Assembly: GCA_036172245.1 (NCBI GenBank)
Contig: JAYWIR010000014.1
Coordinates: 1,860,001 to 1,924,000 of the forward strand
DNA: 64,000 bases
Direction: 5' to 3'
DNA from: Raillietiella orientalis
Lineage: Eukaryota
Shown in pieces: positions 37,163-50,299 of the stretch; position 1 is the stretch's first letter, and the number at the start of each line of letters is the position of its first letter. The position numbers and the translations under genes were made by a program. The notes beneath the pieces are model-generated. The model ran no database searches. It had not been told where the DNA came from and worked only from the letters and a program-made list of their open reading frames with translations.

Positions 37163-39699
37163 TTCAGGCAATGCACTTTAAATGCAAATAAGAAAGCAGA
37201 AAACGGCAAAATTTGCTAAAGCATGTGTTCTGCATAAAACATTTCAGCACTGCTTCCACTGTAAAAATGGAAACAAATGCAAAAAAAAACAAAAACTTCC
37301 TTCTATGTCTTACATCATGGACATGTTTTCTGGTGCAATAATTTTGGCAAAATACGGAAAACTTCAAAGAAGCACACACTTACAAAAACCCTTATCGTGA
37401 AACTATCAGTGAAATTCAAACCTTGTACACTTTTCATACTACAAACACATACTTTCAAGTAGAATATATTAACAGCTTTCCAAATGCATCATGTAGCACA
37501 CAAGCATCAAATGCAATAACTATACACAGTACCATAATTATTACTTTAACACAGAAACAAAACCTAAGGCATGCATAATGAAAACTGGAGCCTTCCCCCT
37601 TGAAGTTGCACCAGAAAGACCAATCTATAAGTAAAGGTCCACAAGTGATGTACAATACTCATCTCAATACTCATCTCTGAAAATGCAAGTACAGAAAATA
37701 AAAACCAAGATTTATGCATTAAATATCATACAGGACCTATGTATTTTGTGTTTCATTCAGCAACTAAGAACAAAAGATTCATCTCATACAAAATATGAAA
37801 CATATATATCAAATTTAGCAAGAAAAAAAAGAAAAACCAAGCTCTCTATAGAAAGAAATACATAAAACAGACGAGTATAGATAAGCCTAATCCCCAATTC
37901 TATCACAATAATTATGGAATCTCTGATTTATGTATCACGTACTGCTCCAGTACCCTTATTAAGGAGTAAAAATAATCTATTTGGCATCATGATGTTGCAA
38001 ATTCCAAATTACACAATTAAGAAATCATTAAATGAACACTTTAATGGACTTGATCCTTTTCCACCTCTCTCCTATTAAAACAATGTAGCAAATTTCCTAC
38101 TTTGGGTTTTCCCTTTGCACCTGTGTTCAAGTATGTTCAAAGATCACACAGAAGAAAAGTACATGATTCTCAATTCAAATTTAACAAATGCTTCCGATAG
38201 CAATGTTTGTTTGTCTCTGGATAAGAGCAATTGTTTCTGGTTTTGGACCACACATGAATCCCAAGAAGCAAACAGCACAGCACACAAAAGAACTTACCAG
38301 CAATATGATGAAATGCATTTCAAACACAATATAACAATATAAAATTTCTATCCTATTACCAGAAAAAATGGGGAGTCAGCTACACATCAGCACAAGTATG
38401 ATGTCAAACACAAACCCAGGAGAACAACCTACTAAAGGATACGATGCCAATTACGAAATATAGAGTTGGTAATAAAATCACATGCACAAAGAAAATTCCA
38501 AAACCCATATTCACATTTTGTTATGTTGCAGAATCTTGTAAGCATTCCATACATTTTAATAAAGCAATCTTTGGATGTAATTCCTAAGTACAACATACAT
38601 TATATGAATTAACGGATTCCTCAAAATGTCTACTGCTGTTTTTTTGCAATATACCTAAAGTGAAGGAAACATCTCAGATACATGAAATATTATGACAAAA
38701 TTTTTCATCCACAAACACTACATACAAGAATACAAACATGAACAACGAACCGGTTGTCAAAAGTATAAAGAACATGTAACAATTTATGTGAATAATTGAA
38801 GAAACTAAACCTTAGAAATGCCTCCAAAAAAAAAAAAGGTTTTGAGAGAGGCCAGAAGGGGAAAGAAGTGAAACAGATAATCCCCTCAACTATGTTAATT
38901 CCACAATATCATTGACTTCCATGGTTAATTTTGCTTTCAAAAGTTGCGTTTCCAGATTTTTCAAAAATTACAGAAAAGTACTTGTTCGTCTGTTGGCTTG
39001 CATACGCAATTCTGCACCTTCCACTTTTATCAAGTCCCGGAAACATTTCCATTCGTTTCAGAATAGCAAAATAATTGAGGATTTTTCTATGTATCTAAAT
39101 TCCTTGTGTACTTTACTATTATTTATTAAATGATATGCAATTCCTCAATTTACGGAGTACATGGTACGATGATCATCACTTTTCTAAGATTATCCAAATA
39201 AAATGTATTTTTTTTTTAATATCAACGTATCTCTATACATCGATAAAAATATTGGAAAATATCTTTCGTTATGCATGATTTGTTTTCAGCAGTCAAAAAT
39301 CGTATTTGAATACGTATAAGTAAATAGAACACTGATGTGAAGCGGTCTACTAAACGGTTCACTTTCTCGATTTTTGATCACCACAAATATATATCAGCCA
39401 TACATATCAGGGAGGTTAGCAAACAATATATATATAACACAATATATTTCACACTTAATTATTATATAAAAACTTTGATATTATATGTCCTACCATGTAA
39501 GAATACGTATCAGAAATTTATCAAAACATTTCCAGCAAACAAGAGCACAAACAAATCAAGTAGACTTGACCAAAGAATTAGGAGGAATACTTTAATAAAG
39601 AATGGAAACTCTCAAGTAGAGCACATACTAGCAAAGGCGTACATGCGTGCAACATTTCAAAAGAGAATGATGACTTAATATGTAGATACAATAGGTATC

Positions 39700-41445
39700 T
39701 TAGTTGAGGTTGATATGGGACCTCAATCTACAACGACCACAGCACACATGGATTTAACCGGAGAAACTCCGAATCGAGTGGAAGCACTGATAACAGGTGA
39801 AGATATAAAGTGCGTGAGGGGGCACCGAAAGTAAAGATGGGTCCTGTGATGGGAATGTCCCTGGTGTGAAGATGTGGAGTACCTGGGTATCCACCTTGGC
39901 GATGCGATCGCATCGCAAAAGTTGTGGAAGGAAATCCTGGGGAAAATTCAAGCTACTAAGTACACCCGAGTCGACTTCAATATGCAGCGAAGGTCCACCT
40001 AGCATTCTACTTCTGAAGGTGCTCTACGGAGTCACCTTCTGCAAAATTGACAAGACAAGGGGGGAAACTGAAAACCTGCAGAGCAAGATCCTGTGGAGGA
40101 AGTATAGGCCGAGTGTGAGGCTCAAACTGATGTGCCGCCCTCGAGAGGAAGGGGGGACTGGAATGAGGCTGCTAGAACACTCCGTGGAATCCATGGACGC
40201 GCGGCAAGTTCTGGAACTCACCATGAATTGGAGCCAGTGGCCTTTCGTAGCGCACAGAGCCTACTCGAAGTTGTTGAACAACTCGAGAAGCCTGATGTCT
40301 GCCTTGGTAGGTGCTACTGGAGAGTGGGTGAACGTCGACCCCACTTGGAAACGGAAACAGATTCTGGTGGGACTTCACCAATTCAAGATCGTGCATAGGA
40401 GTAAAGAACTATGGGAAGAAGAGCTGGCTCTGATGATACCTCACTTGATCCCCGTACCCAGGGAGACTGTGAACTGGACATACCAGAGGCCAAGATTATA
40501 GATGAAGCAATGCGAACAGTTCGCCACCAGTGGGAATCTCCACTATGCACGACTGTATCGCTTCGCCATGGCATTGAGCGGGAAAATTAGTTTCAGAACC
40601 CGGGAGCTTTGGAAACAGCTGCCGCAACAGGCGTGGCTGCTGATGACCAAAGCCAACATCAAGGGAGAAACACTGAAGAAACACCAGGACGACGATGCCC
40701 TCGATGCAGCCTCGAGGCTCTATGGACTTGCGCACGCAAACGTGCTGGGAGTAGGGGCTGCATTCACGAGGAGTCACCTTTTCCCAGACACTTACGACAA
40801 CCTCCTGTTGTTTCTGCACGGAGGAATTCTGAGTGGTTCCCGAGTACGGCATTGGACCGGCAACATCCGGGACGGACTGTGCAAGGCGTGTGGAGCGGAA
40901 GAAAAGCAGCTCCACGTATTCAGTTGCCCCACGTTGCTTCCCGATTGACAAGCAGTCACGATGGGGACCTACCTGCACCAAAGAAGGACGATGGAAATTC
41001 TGGCGGGCTTGTTTCAGGGGAACGATTCCGCTCCCCTGAAACAAGCCCGCCAACGATTCCGCTCCCCTGTACAACCTGACGATACTTACCACGCTTGCCC
41101 TCTTCATTACAGCAATTGTGATCAGAAGGGCAAAGATGCAGACATCCGGACGCAGAGTGACGGCATGGGACATCCTAAAAGGACTATTGAAGAAAGAGAT
41201 CGGGATCAGGAACTGCGGAAGGGTCCCAGCCTGGACGTACCGCTACATCCTCCCAAAGATAGACAAATACGCCCAGGCATAAGGAACAATTCCCCCCCGC
41301 CCGCCCTCCCTACTCGAAACTAGAAAAAGTGAAATGAAAATGAAGCGAGAGTAATCAGTGCAGTTGTGAACAGTGAACGGTTGAAAAGACTGATTGTTGC
41401 TTGTTCAATATTTTTAAAGTTTTTTTTTTTTTTTTTTTAAATAAA
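39700..41445 (+). mobile_element. 5'-truncated non-LTR retrotransposon (L1/Tx1-like ORF2 3' half), the best-preserved TE here
   Basis: Late RT motif EYLGIHLG (39877-39900). ILWRK...LMCRPREEGGTGM resembles the L1/Tx1 PK.EGGLG motif. C-terminal CKAC...E...H.F.CP zinc knuckle. ORFs 39866-40501 and 40502-40948 share a frame and are separated by one TAG. Ends in a T tract plus AATAAA. GC-rich island in AT-rich surroundings. Confidence 0.8.
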
Positions 41446-41849
41446 CACCCCTCCGCTGGTCGGATTGGGAACTTAATGGAATTAAGTGAACGGAAGTGCT
41501 AAGGACGAATCCACAATTCCGTATAAGGTGCATCACGGAAGAACTGTGGTTAAGTGGAAAGCTTGGAAAACCGTTAGCGATTGAGAAATTACAGAGTAGA
41601 AGTAGAGATGACATAACAACCATCCTCATAAAAATGTCAAGAGCCTCAAGGGCGTCCAGTGAATAAGCTCTGCATAGGAGACTCTCAAATCATGGACATA
41701 TATAGTCAAATAAAACCGTATACAAAAGCTCAGTTATAGATCGTAAGAATGTACTTCATTTCTGACTGAAGTAAGCTTTAATGTTTTTCGGCGACTTAAA
41801 GCTAAAGTTGGCAATTGTTTTGTTTCAGGAAGTCATTCTGCGTTTTTAT

Positions 41850-42900
41850 TTATTTGGTACAATCGAGAGGTTATTTTCATGGTATTCGTTTAAGTATTCC
41901 CTTTCAAAGACATTTATTGGTTCATCGTTCAACAACATGCACACGAGAAATCCATAAACATAAGAGAAAATTATGTATACGAAATTGAAAGTGAAAACAA
42001 AATTAGTTTGCTCGGATGCGATCACCAACGACTTAAGAAATTCGTGCATCTTTTCGAATAGGATTCGAACATAACGGAAGTTTTCTGTTGCTTTAGAATT
42101 ACTTATAATTTGAAAGCTTGCTTGGATGCGCAAACTTGGAATATTTGTTCTCATCTGCTGCTTAGTAACCGAAAAATGGAGCCAATTTCAGATGATGGTT
42201 ATCCCATAAACTGCATACCATCGCACGTTATTCCGTCCAAACACTTTCGGAATTCTTGTGATCGTTATGGTGATATGGCTTAGAACAATTGGAGAAGTGA
42301 GATGTCTGCTTCAGGACGAATGCTTGTATTGCTCTGCGTAAGCAAACGATAAGAAAAGGTGTTTCGTGTCTTCGGAAAATCCTCCTCGGACTGAGTTTTA
42401 TAGTTTTTGTTGCAACATGCATGCATATGCACATTGACATTTATCCGTTACACTCCAATGCATATTAAGCTCAGAAAACTGAACTCCTAAAGTTCACATA
42501 ACAATAATCTCACCTGCAGCCGCTATTGGAAGCTATTCCGCTTTATGAGACATTTTTATACCTTGGACTGATTAATATCTTCAATAGAGTTTCCTGCTGC
42601 CAATGCCTTTCATTCTCTGTTCGAGTACGTATTCTTTTTTACTTGTCCTACAATTTGTATCAACCTACAACTTAGGGGCCAACTCTTGCTAAATTACAGT
42701 TGAAGATCTAACCATCATATTTGAATCAATACACTTTCCTTCCATAAAGATGGAGCTTAAGAACTTCATAATTTCCACCAGTTTCATTATGCAATCAGTT
42801 TTTATTGTGCAACATTGCAGCATTTCTCAGTACGGTATCACAATTTAGAAGAAAATGTTATTACTGTGTATTCATCCACATTACAACGATTTCCAAGTTT
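41850..42900 (-). mobile_element. PIF1-family helicase relic, probably Helitron-derived
   Basis: GIGSRK (Walker A-like, about 42600), SGIAS (about 42535), D(E)MSM across a 1-nt frameshift (about 42440), NWLHF....QMR (42149-42187). Order and SGIA-to-NMR spacing (about 130 codons) fit Helitron/PIF1 helicases. Confidence 0.5.
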
Positions 42901-44710
42901 GGATCCTGGATTTCCCTATCACTGCTTCAGGAGTACATACCAATAAAAGCCATACGATTACTTTGTTTGCTGGGAAAACTTGTATTGATTTTTTTTTCCA
43001 ATAAATAATGTTCTAATTAAGGAGATTCGGATGTGACACACGTTTGTGACTTAAAAATTCGAAAATAAATAAATAAATACAAAACATAATAGATTTACAT
43101 TTACTTGTAAACGTACAAAACAAATCTACACAGAATACATTGCATAAAGTTTTCAACAATATGTTGGCATTTTTTTTTTCGTTTATATTACTATGTAGCA
43201 GTAGTAAGCACATAAATTATAAAAACAGTTTTTTTTGTTTTTTTATTTTCTTCATTTAAAAGTGAATTTCCAAAAATAATATTGGAATCTCCCAACATAC
43301 TTTGAGATAAACTTTTTGGTCTCAGATGCATCACAATAACTGTTCTTTCAATTGCACATCCTTTCAAGAAAAACATTAAGTAGCATAAAACATTACTCTT
43401 TGCTGTCCCCTTGGGTGCATGGTTTATGTGAATCAAAACAAGTATTCTATAAACATAACCTTCTTCCATTATTGAGCTGCTTAACCCTAACACTCATCAT
43501 TCCTAAAATGTTCAATTGCAATTCCTGACATGGACTAATTATTTTGCAGTGTGGTTATCCTTGTGTACCGAAATTCAAGTTTGAAAACAAAAAACTCAAT
43601 TCACCACTATCAATCATACTCTCCTAATATTAAGCTTCAAGATACACTCTTGAAAATTACACACACCAAATTGCTTTCCCCTCCAAAAAAAAAATCGCTA
43701 AAAGTAATATACATCCTAAGGCCATGAATATTTTTTAAAAAACAGAAACACAATCAAGTTTCCTGCATTAACAAACTTCCTACCATTTTTAAAATTGTAC
43801 GTTAAAAAGTCACTTAAAATAATTCCCTTCTTGGAATCCGGTTTGCATTAAAATTAACAAACAAACCTAAATCACTTCAAGAATTTTCAAGTGGCCAATA
43901 ATAAACAGTTTAAAGTATGAATTCAGAAGCTGAAAAAATGAAGAAATATTAGAAAGGAAACAATGGCAATTAGTATTCAGGAAGGGATAAAAACTGGTGA
44001 ATACATTATCAAGATGTACTACACTTGTGTAAACAAAGCTGTAAATAATGGACAGAAATAATTTTTTTTTTGCAAAATCACATCATGTCCCATCATCTCA
44101 ATCCCACCTACTCTATTCTCAGCACATTCTACAACAAAATATTTCCTAATTCAAACAGCATCATCATCATTTTTCCTATTCACCTGCATTATTTTCAATT
44201 CCTTCCCCTCCATTTTATCCCCAACCATATCAATAATCATACTCGTAAAACTAGGCATAGTACCATTTCATTATTGACTCTTACCCATGTATGACGATTG
44301 CCATATTTACCCTGAATCTTCGGATGAAACAACCATACTAGGGTGATGCATACTATATAATCACAAAACAAACAGAAAATAATAATAACACCAAAATCTT
44401 TAGACATCATTCCAGGTCTGGCAATAAGTTAGGAGCTACATTCATATTTGTCAACCAATCCATCAAACCTTGCTTTATCTGTTTATGAATCATTAAGAGA
44501 TTCAAAATGTCATTTTTGTTACTACTTTATTAATTGGAACGCAAGTATAGTGTTCTACTACCAATACAAACTCATGTAATCGTAAAATATGTCAGATATA
44601 AAAAACTAGCCAGTCAAAAAAAAAATACTCAACTTCACAAATCATTGATCAGCAGGACAAATCCCTTTTATATTTTATCAAATTTATGAGTCAATCTACA
44701 ATTACGAATC

Positions 44711-45240
<530 letters not shown>

Positions 45241-47529
45241 TCTTATTTCTTATACTTGCGTATACAGAATTAAAAAGTATGAATATTTTTTATAAGACCC
45301 TTGTTAATACCCAGAAAAACCTGCAGAAAAAAGAAGTGCACCTCTTTAGCTTGTTTTTTTGCTTTACTTTACATGAACTATCTTAAAGAAACTTGAAAAG
45401 TTCAGTTTAACACGAAATGGACCATGACAAGCATATATATCCACACTAAAGTTACATTTAATAACCACAAAACTATTCCCAGTAAAAGACTGCACCATAA
45501 AAACATCGAGAAACGAAATTTGCACCATTGAAAGTATAAAATCCAACTTTCGCTCAATTTTCTTAATGTTTGCACACCGGGTCTGGCATGCAAACACCTT
45601 CAAGAAAATTAAGCAAAGGTTGGATTTTATATTCTGCAAACGATAAGCACTACATATCCCTAAATTATATTTAAGTCAAGTGCTAATCAGTCAGCTTTAT
45701 AACGTGTTTTTTTTTTTTTTTCTAGTATGCTACATACATGGCGAAGCACCAAGGAGATGTGACGTACAGGCAAGCACCACATGTTTGCAAGTGATGTGTA
45801 TACTTTGAAATTATAATACTTAAGTTATAAGTAAAACTGTAATAAAATCCGTAATCATTTTTCCATTTTGGGGGGAAAATAGCACATGGCTGACGGAAGC
45901 TAAACGATTATTTAAAAAACAGCACGACCAGTAATGAAAAGGAAAAATTATATTCAGTAGTTAGTAATGAAACTGGAATAAAAAAGTCAACATGTGTACT
46001 GAAGGATACATCTGAATTTTTCAAACCTACAGATTGAAAGCATAGAAAAACCACATATTATCAACAAAAAATAAATAGAAAATACTCGAAGTAATTACAG
46101 CATTCATCAAATTCCGTAAGACTGGATCATTTAGAACAGCTTGCGTAATTTTTCAATATGATCTTAATGTTCGAGGAATATTGAAAAGGAAATAAAGACG
46201 TAAGACTCAAAGTACTAATCAGAATTAAAATGTTATCCTTCTTTTTCAATTATTGGTATCCCATATTATAAGAATTACCACTGAGAATGTGAATAAGTAT
46301 TTCAAATAAAATAAATTCATTTTGATATTGTCAGGATTCGGGATATTCCTCATTTTTCAATAGAAGTCATGTGAGAATATTCCAAGCCACTACTAAAGTA
46401 AAAGGATAAAAAATTGAATTCTAGACTATTTAAGAACAATAAACATTTATAACAGGCGTATAAGAGGAATTAGTAAAATCATTTTGAAAAAAGATTCACA
46501 GAGTGAATTCAATGAAGCTATCAAACCATAACTAAAACGAACGAACACATATTGACCGATGGGGATTTTCAAACTGCTCTTTTTTCTGTAAGAAAGCAAA
46601 TTCGAAGAGAAGCCTTGGCCGCTTCTTTTTCTGTAGTTCTTTTTATACGTTAGTTCTGCTCGTTTACCATACACATGAAGACAAAAAGGAACATGCCGGA
46701 CATTTCGATCAAGTAACACATATCACAAGGAACAGTTCCCAACTATTTTCTTTCTAACAGTTCTTAATTTCGAAAAAATAATAAAGTTATTTTCCTTCAT
46801 ATGGTGTTCCATCAAGGGAGTGAAAACTGAAAATAAAAATCAGTTTCTTGACATTTCATGTATTGGTGTACTTTTGATATTACTTGAACTGCTGTGTTAT
46901 CTTACTGAATTCTGTCTCAGTCTACTGTTTCTGTTTCCATTGAGAAAATTTCTGTTTTTGATTTCACTTAATACTTTGCAGTACTACTTGAGGACAACAT
47001 CACGAATAAGGTAACTTAGTAATAATTAGGGTAATTATCAATTCCAAAAGTTAAAGTGTCAACTTAAGACATGTTAAAACTCCTCTGAGAATCCTTTAGA
47101 TTAAGAATCACTTTCATATTTCTATGCTTTTTGCAATGGAATATTTTTCATGCTTTATGCCTTATGAAAAAAGCTGTTTGTACTTAAATTTTGAAGTTGC
47201 AAACAATTCATCACTTATTTATATTCAAGTGATTTTTTGCAGAAAACCATATCTTCTTCCTAATAAGATAGGCGTTCGTATACAATAAAGCACTGTTTTG
47301 ATAAGTACAGAGTTTTCATATTAATTTGAAATCTGCTTTTCAGCATTCTGTATTTATGACAACTTTGTGCATTTCAAATGTTCCCATTCAAAGACGACAT
47401 GAATCATTAAGTTTTCACATATATTTGTAAATACTTCTTAATAGAATAATGCTTCTTTCTCAAAGTTTTCTTTGTAACATTTTGAAAGATCATCATGATA
47501 AAAAATAAGATAGACATGTATTCGGAGGA

Positions 47530-50070
47530 AGGTAGTTGAAAAAAGAAGGGGAAAAAAAAAGGAACGCTGATTTCAGGATGAAATTGTCTTAAATGCAACA
47601 ATAAGCAGTGGTGGAGAAAAAACAAACTAATAGTCAGGAAGCCTAGAAAATCATAATTAGAGAACGCAGATATCTAGACTTTGGAAAAAACACTTTAGGA
47701 ACGAAAAATGAGTCAGCAGTCACAAAAAGATGCTGGAACATGTGAGTAAGAAGCCAAGGGGCAGAAAAAATGTACCTACACTTTAGCATCAGTTGACATC
47801 CTAGAGCTGAAAGAGTACGTAAATAAATCAGAAATTGTGATTTTTCCTAAAGTTGAAAACAAGTTGAACTTGATTGAGAGAGAAGACAGGAAGAGGAGAC
47901 TTTTGAATGAAGGAAGAGGCATATGAGATCCTAAAGAGTGCTTTCAAGGAAAAATAGTATCTCGTGCATTAGTGGCAATCCCAGGTTTTTGGAATACCTG
48001 AAGGAACTGATTTCAAAGATTTCAAGTAGGAGGATAAAGGATAATAAGAATAATAATAATAAGGGATGAGAAGGATAATAAGGAATGAACTGCTATCGGA
48101 AGATTCATTGGTTTCCGGAACTTTTGAAAATGTTGCTACTGAGAAACTTTTGCAGGACATATTTCACAGATATGAGGAATAATATTGCCTATGGGAAAGA
48201 GCACTGCATTGTAATAGAGCTAATAAAATGATTTGCACTGTTGCCAATAGTGGAAAGAAGTTGAGTAAAGAGAAAATTCAATGTTGTGCTTCAATGAAAA
48301 AAAAATTCTGGACAAGTTGACTGTTTCCTGAATCAGTCTGAAGATAAAAAAGAATTCAAGGACGAATATAGATACCGTGATCTAAAGATAGAAGACAGTT
48401 TGCAGCAGCTTACATGAGGAACGCTCTTACGGTTTCTTGAGGAAAAAAATCTGCATTCAAAGTGCAGACGGAGGACTGATGGCGCAAACAGTGAAATCTG
48501 ATAATAGGTGTACAATTCTTTTAGGTTTCTTCTATCACTGAAAAGAAAATAGTTATGAGACGATATGATGGAATCAAGAATATTGAATTGAAAAGCAAAC
48601 ATGGGAAGAATTATAATACGATAGGATTGATGCCGGTTACTAGGGATCCATGTCTTCGATCTAAAAAGAATGGACAAAAAAGTGATCTATTTCTACAACT
48701 CATCCCACCAATGGGGTGAACTAGGAGGGAAATTCTTATGTACTCGTCTCAAGAGAAGGATGACTGAGTCAGAAATTATTGAGAAAGTGGTCGGCAAACC
48801 ACCAAAAGGAAACAGGGAAGTAAACAACAATAGAATGCACCACTTATTTTGGTTTGTTGGAATCGCGCAATCAACAGCTTCAAGGACCATCTTCAGCCTT
48901 TTCGATAGGGTCCGACCTCATACTCAAACTCAACTATTGATGATGAGCTATTTCCCCTAGATGGTCTGAGAAATGCGAAGGTCATAAGAAGGGTATTGTT
49001 TCATCTTTCAGATGGATTCTGGTAAACAGCAAACGAACTCCACACCTAAGTCTCCAAATGCTTGCATTCCGTGACGATTTTGTGTCGTTGTTCACCATCG
49101 TTCTGGCCATAGTTGAAAAGTCATCGGGGAGCTTTTGAATTTGGAGGATCGATCACCTATTCGTTCATGTTCCCACTAATCATCAACCCATTGTAATAAG
49201 TAGCTGGATATAGGTAGTTTTAGGTTTTCAGTGGATGATATGCCCTATCTTCATGTAGGAGAGGATAGGCAGAGTGAAGACCTTGAAAATGAAGCTCTCG
49301 AGTAACATATTGAACAGGAACCGCGATTCGGTTTGGAAACATAAGAAAGTCATCATATGATACATTTTTTCTGATGTGGCAAGCATAAATCAGCAAATCG
49401 AAGCTGACAGTTCTGAAATATGTGAAGACGATTAGTTTTGATTCGTCGAATTTGAAGAGACTCGAGTAATAGAGAGATGCTGGTGACGTATTCTACTTGA
49501 ATATGGAATAAAAGTGTGATTCTTGGGCATTTTTATCCATATAGTGATCACTTGACATAGCGCCTCGCATGGCGCATTTCGTCTAAGAGATGAGAGAAGG
49601 GGTAGCTTTTTGTCCTTGATCTTTCGAGGTGCCCGTTTCTTTCTTTAGCATTGCAAATCGCTTCTTCAACACGTCACTATGATCTTTCACGATTCCTTCT
49701 TTACTCTTGTGTATGGCTGGAAATGTGATGAAGGCTTCCATCCTCAGTTGCCTACACTATTTATCCGCCTTCGTTGTCAGAGCTGTCACTTTGATCCTTC
49801 AAACAGTCAGAGTGAGAGTTGAAAAACGAAGGAAAAAAAGCGAGGAAGATGATTTCAGGATGAAGTTGCTTTGAATGCAGCAATAAGCAATGGAAACGAA
49901 AAAACTAAAAGGCAGGAAGCCTGGAAAAATGGAAAGGAGAATGCCAGCATCTAGACTTTGGAAATGAACTTTAGGAACAAAACAAGAGTCGGGAGCCACA
50001 AAAACTCTACTCTTTTTCTCATTCATCTGACTTTTGCATCAGCAGGAATAGATGCTGAAAAGTTGCTCCT
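47530..50070. mobile_element. Mixed LINE debris: two diverged copies of a plus-strand APE-start segment flanking a minus-strand RT fragment
   Basis: 47534-47816 and 49817-50063 are visibly homologous (shared tgatttcaggatgaa, caataagca, caggaagcct, atctagactttggaaa, actttaggaac); copy 1 encodes VDILELKE. Minus-strand KKRAP (about 49635) and CGVR (about 49040). Confidence 0.4.
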
Positions 50071-50299
50071 TCACTTTAGTAAAGACTGTGGTACACCTCA
50101 TCTCTTAAGAAAGTCACTTTCTCGTGTTTTTGGACTTCGTCGATGACTAACTTTTTTCTGGAAAGCCGATCTTTGAGGACATTCTGATCATAGATATTTC
50201 ATGGCCTAGTTACATGTTTCATTTCTTGACCCGTAACGAAACAATCATCTGATTCTGGTGTCGCTTTGCTATTTCCCTAAAACGGGACGCTGTCACGAA

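Noticed and set aside
39337..39678. FPANKSTNKSSRLDQRI resembling the pogo/Tigger DDE motif
   Set aside because: Single weak motif, no TIRs or other transposase motifs.
44310..44460. Possible minus-strand micro-exons downstream of ATP5MC
   Set aside because: Weak donors and no recognisable protein; compatible with 3' UTR or flank.
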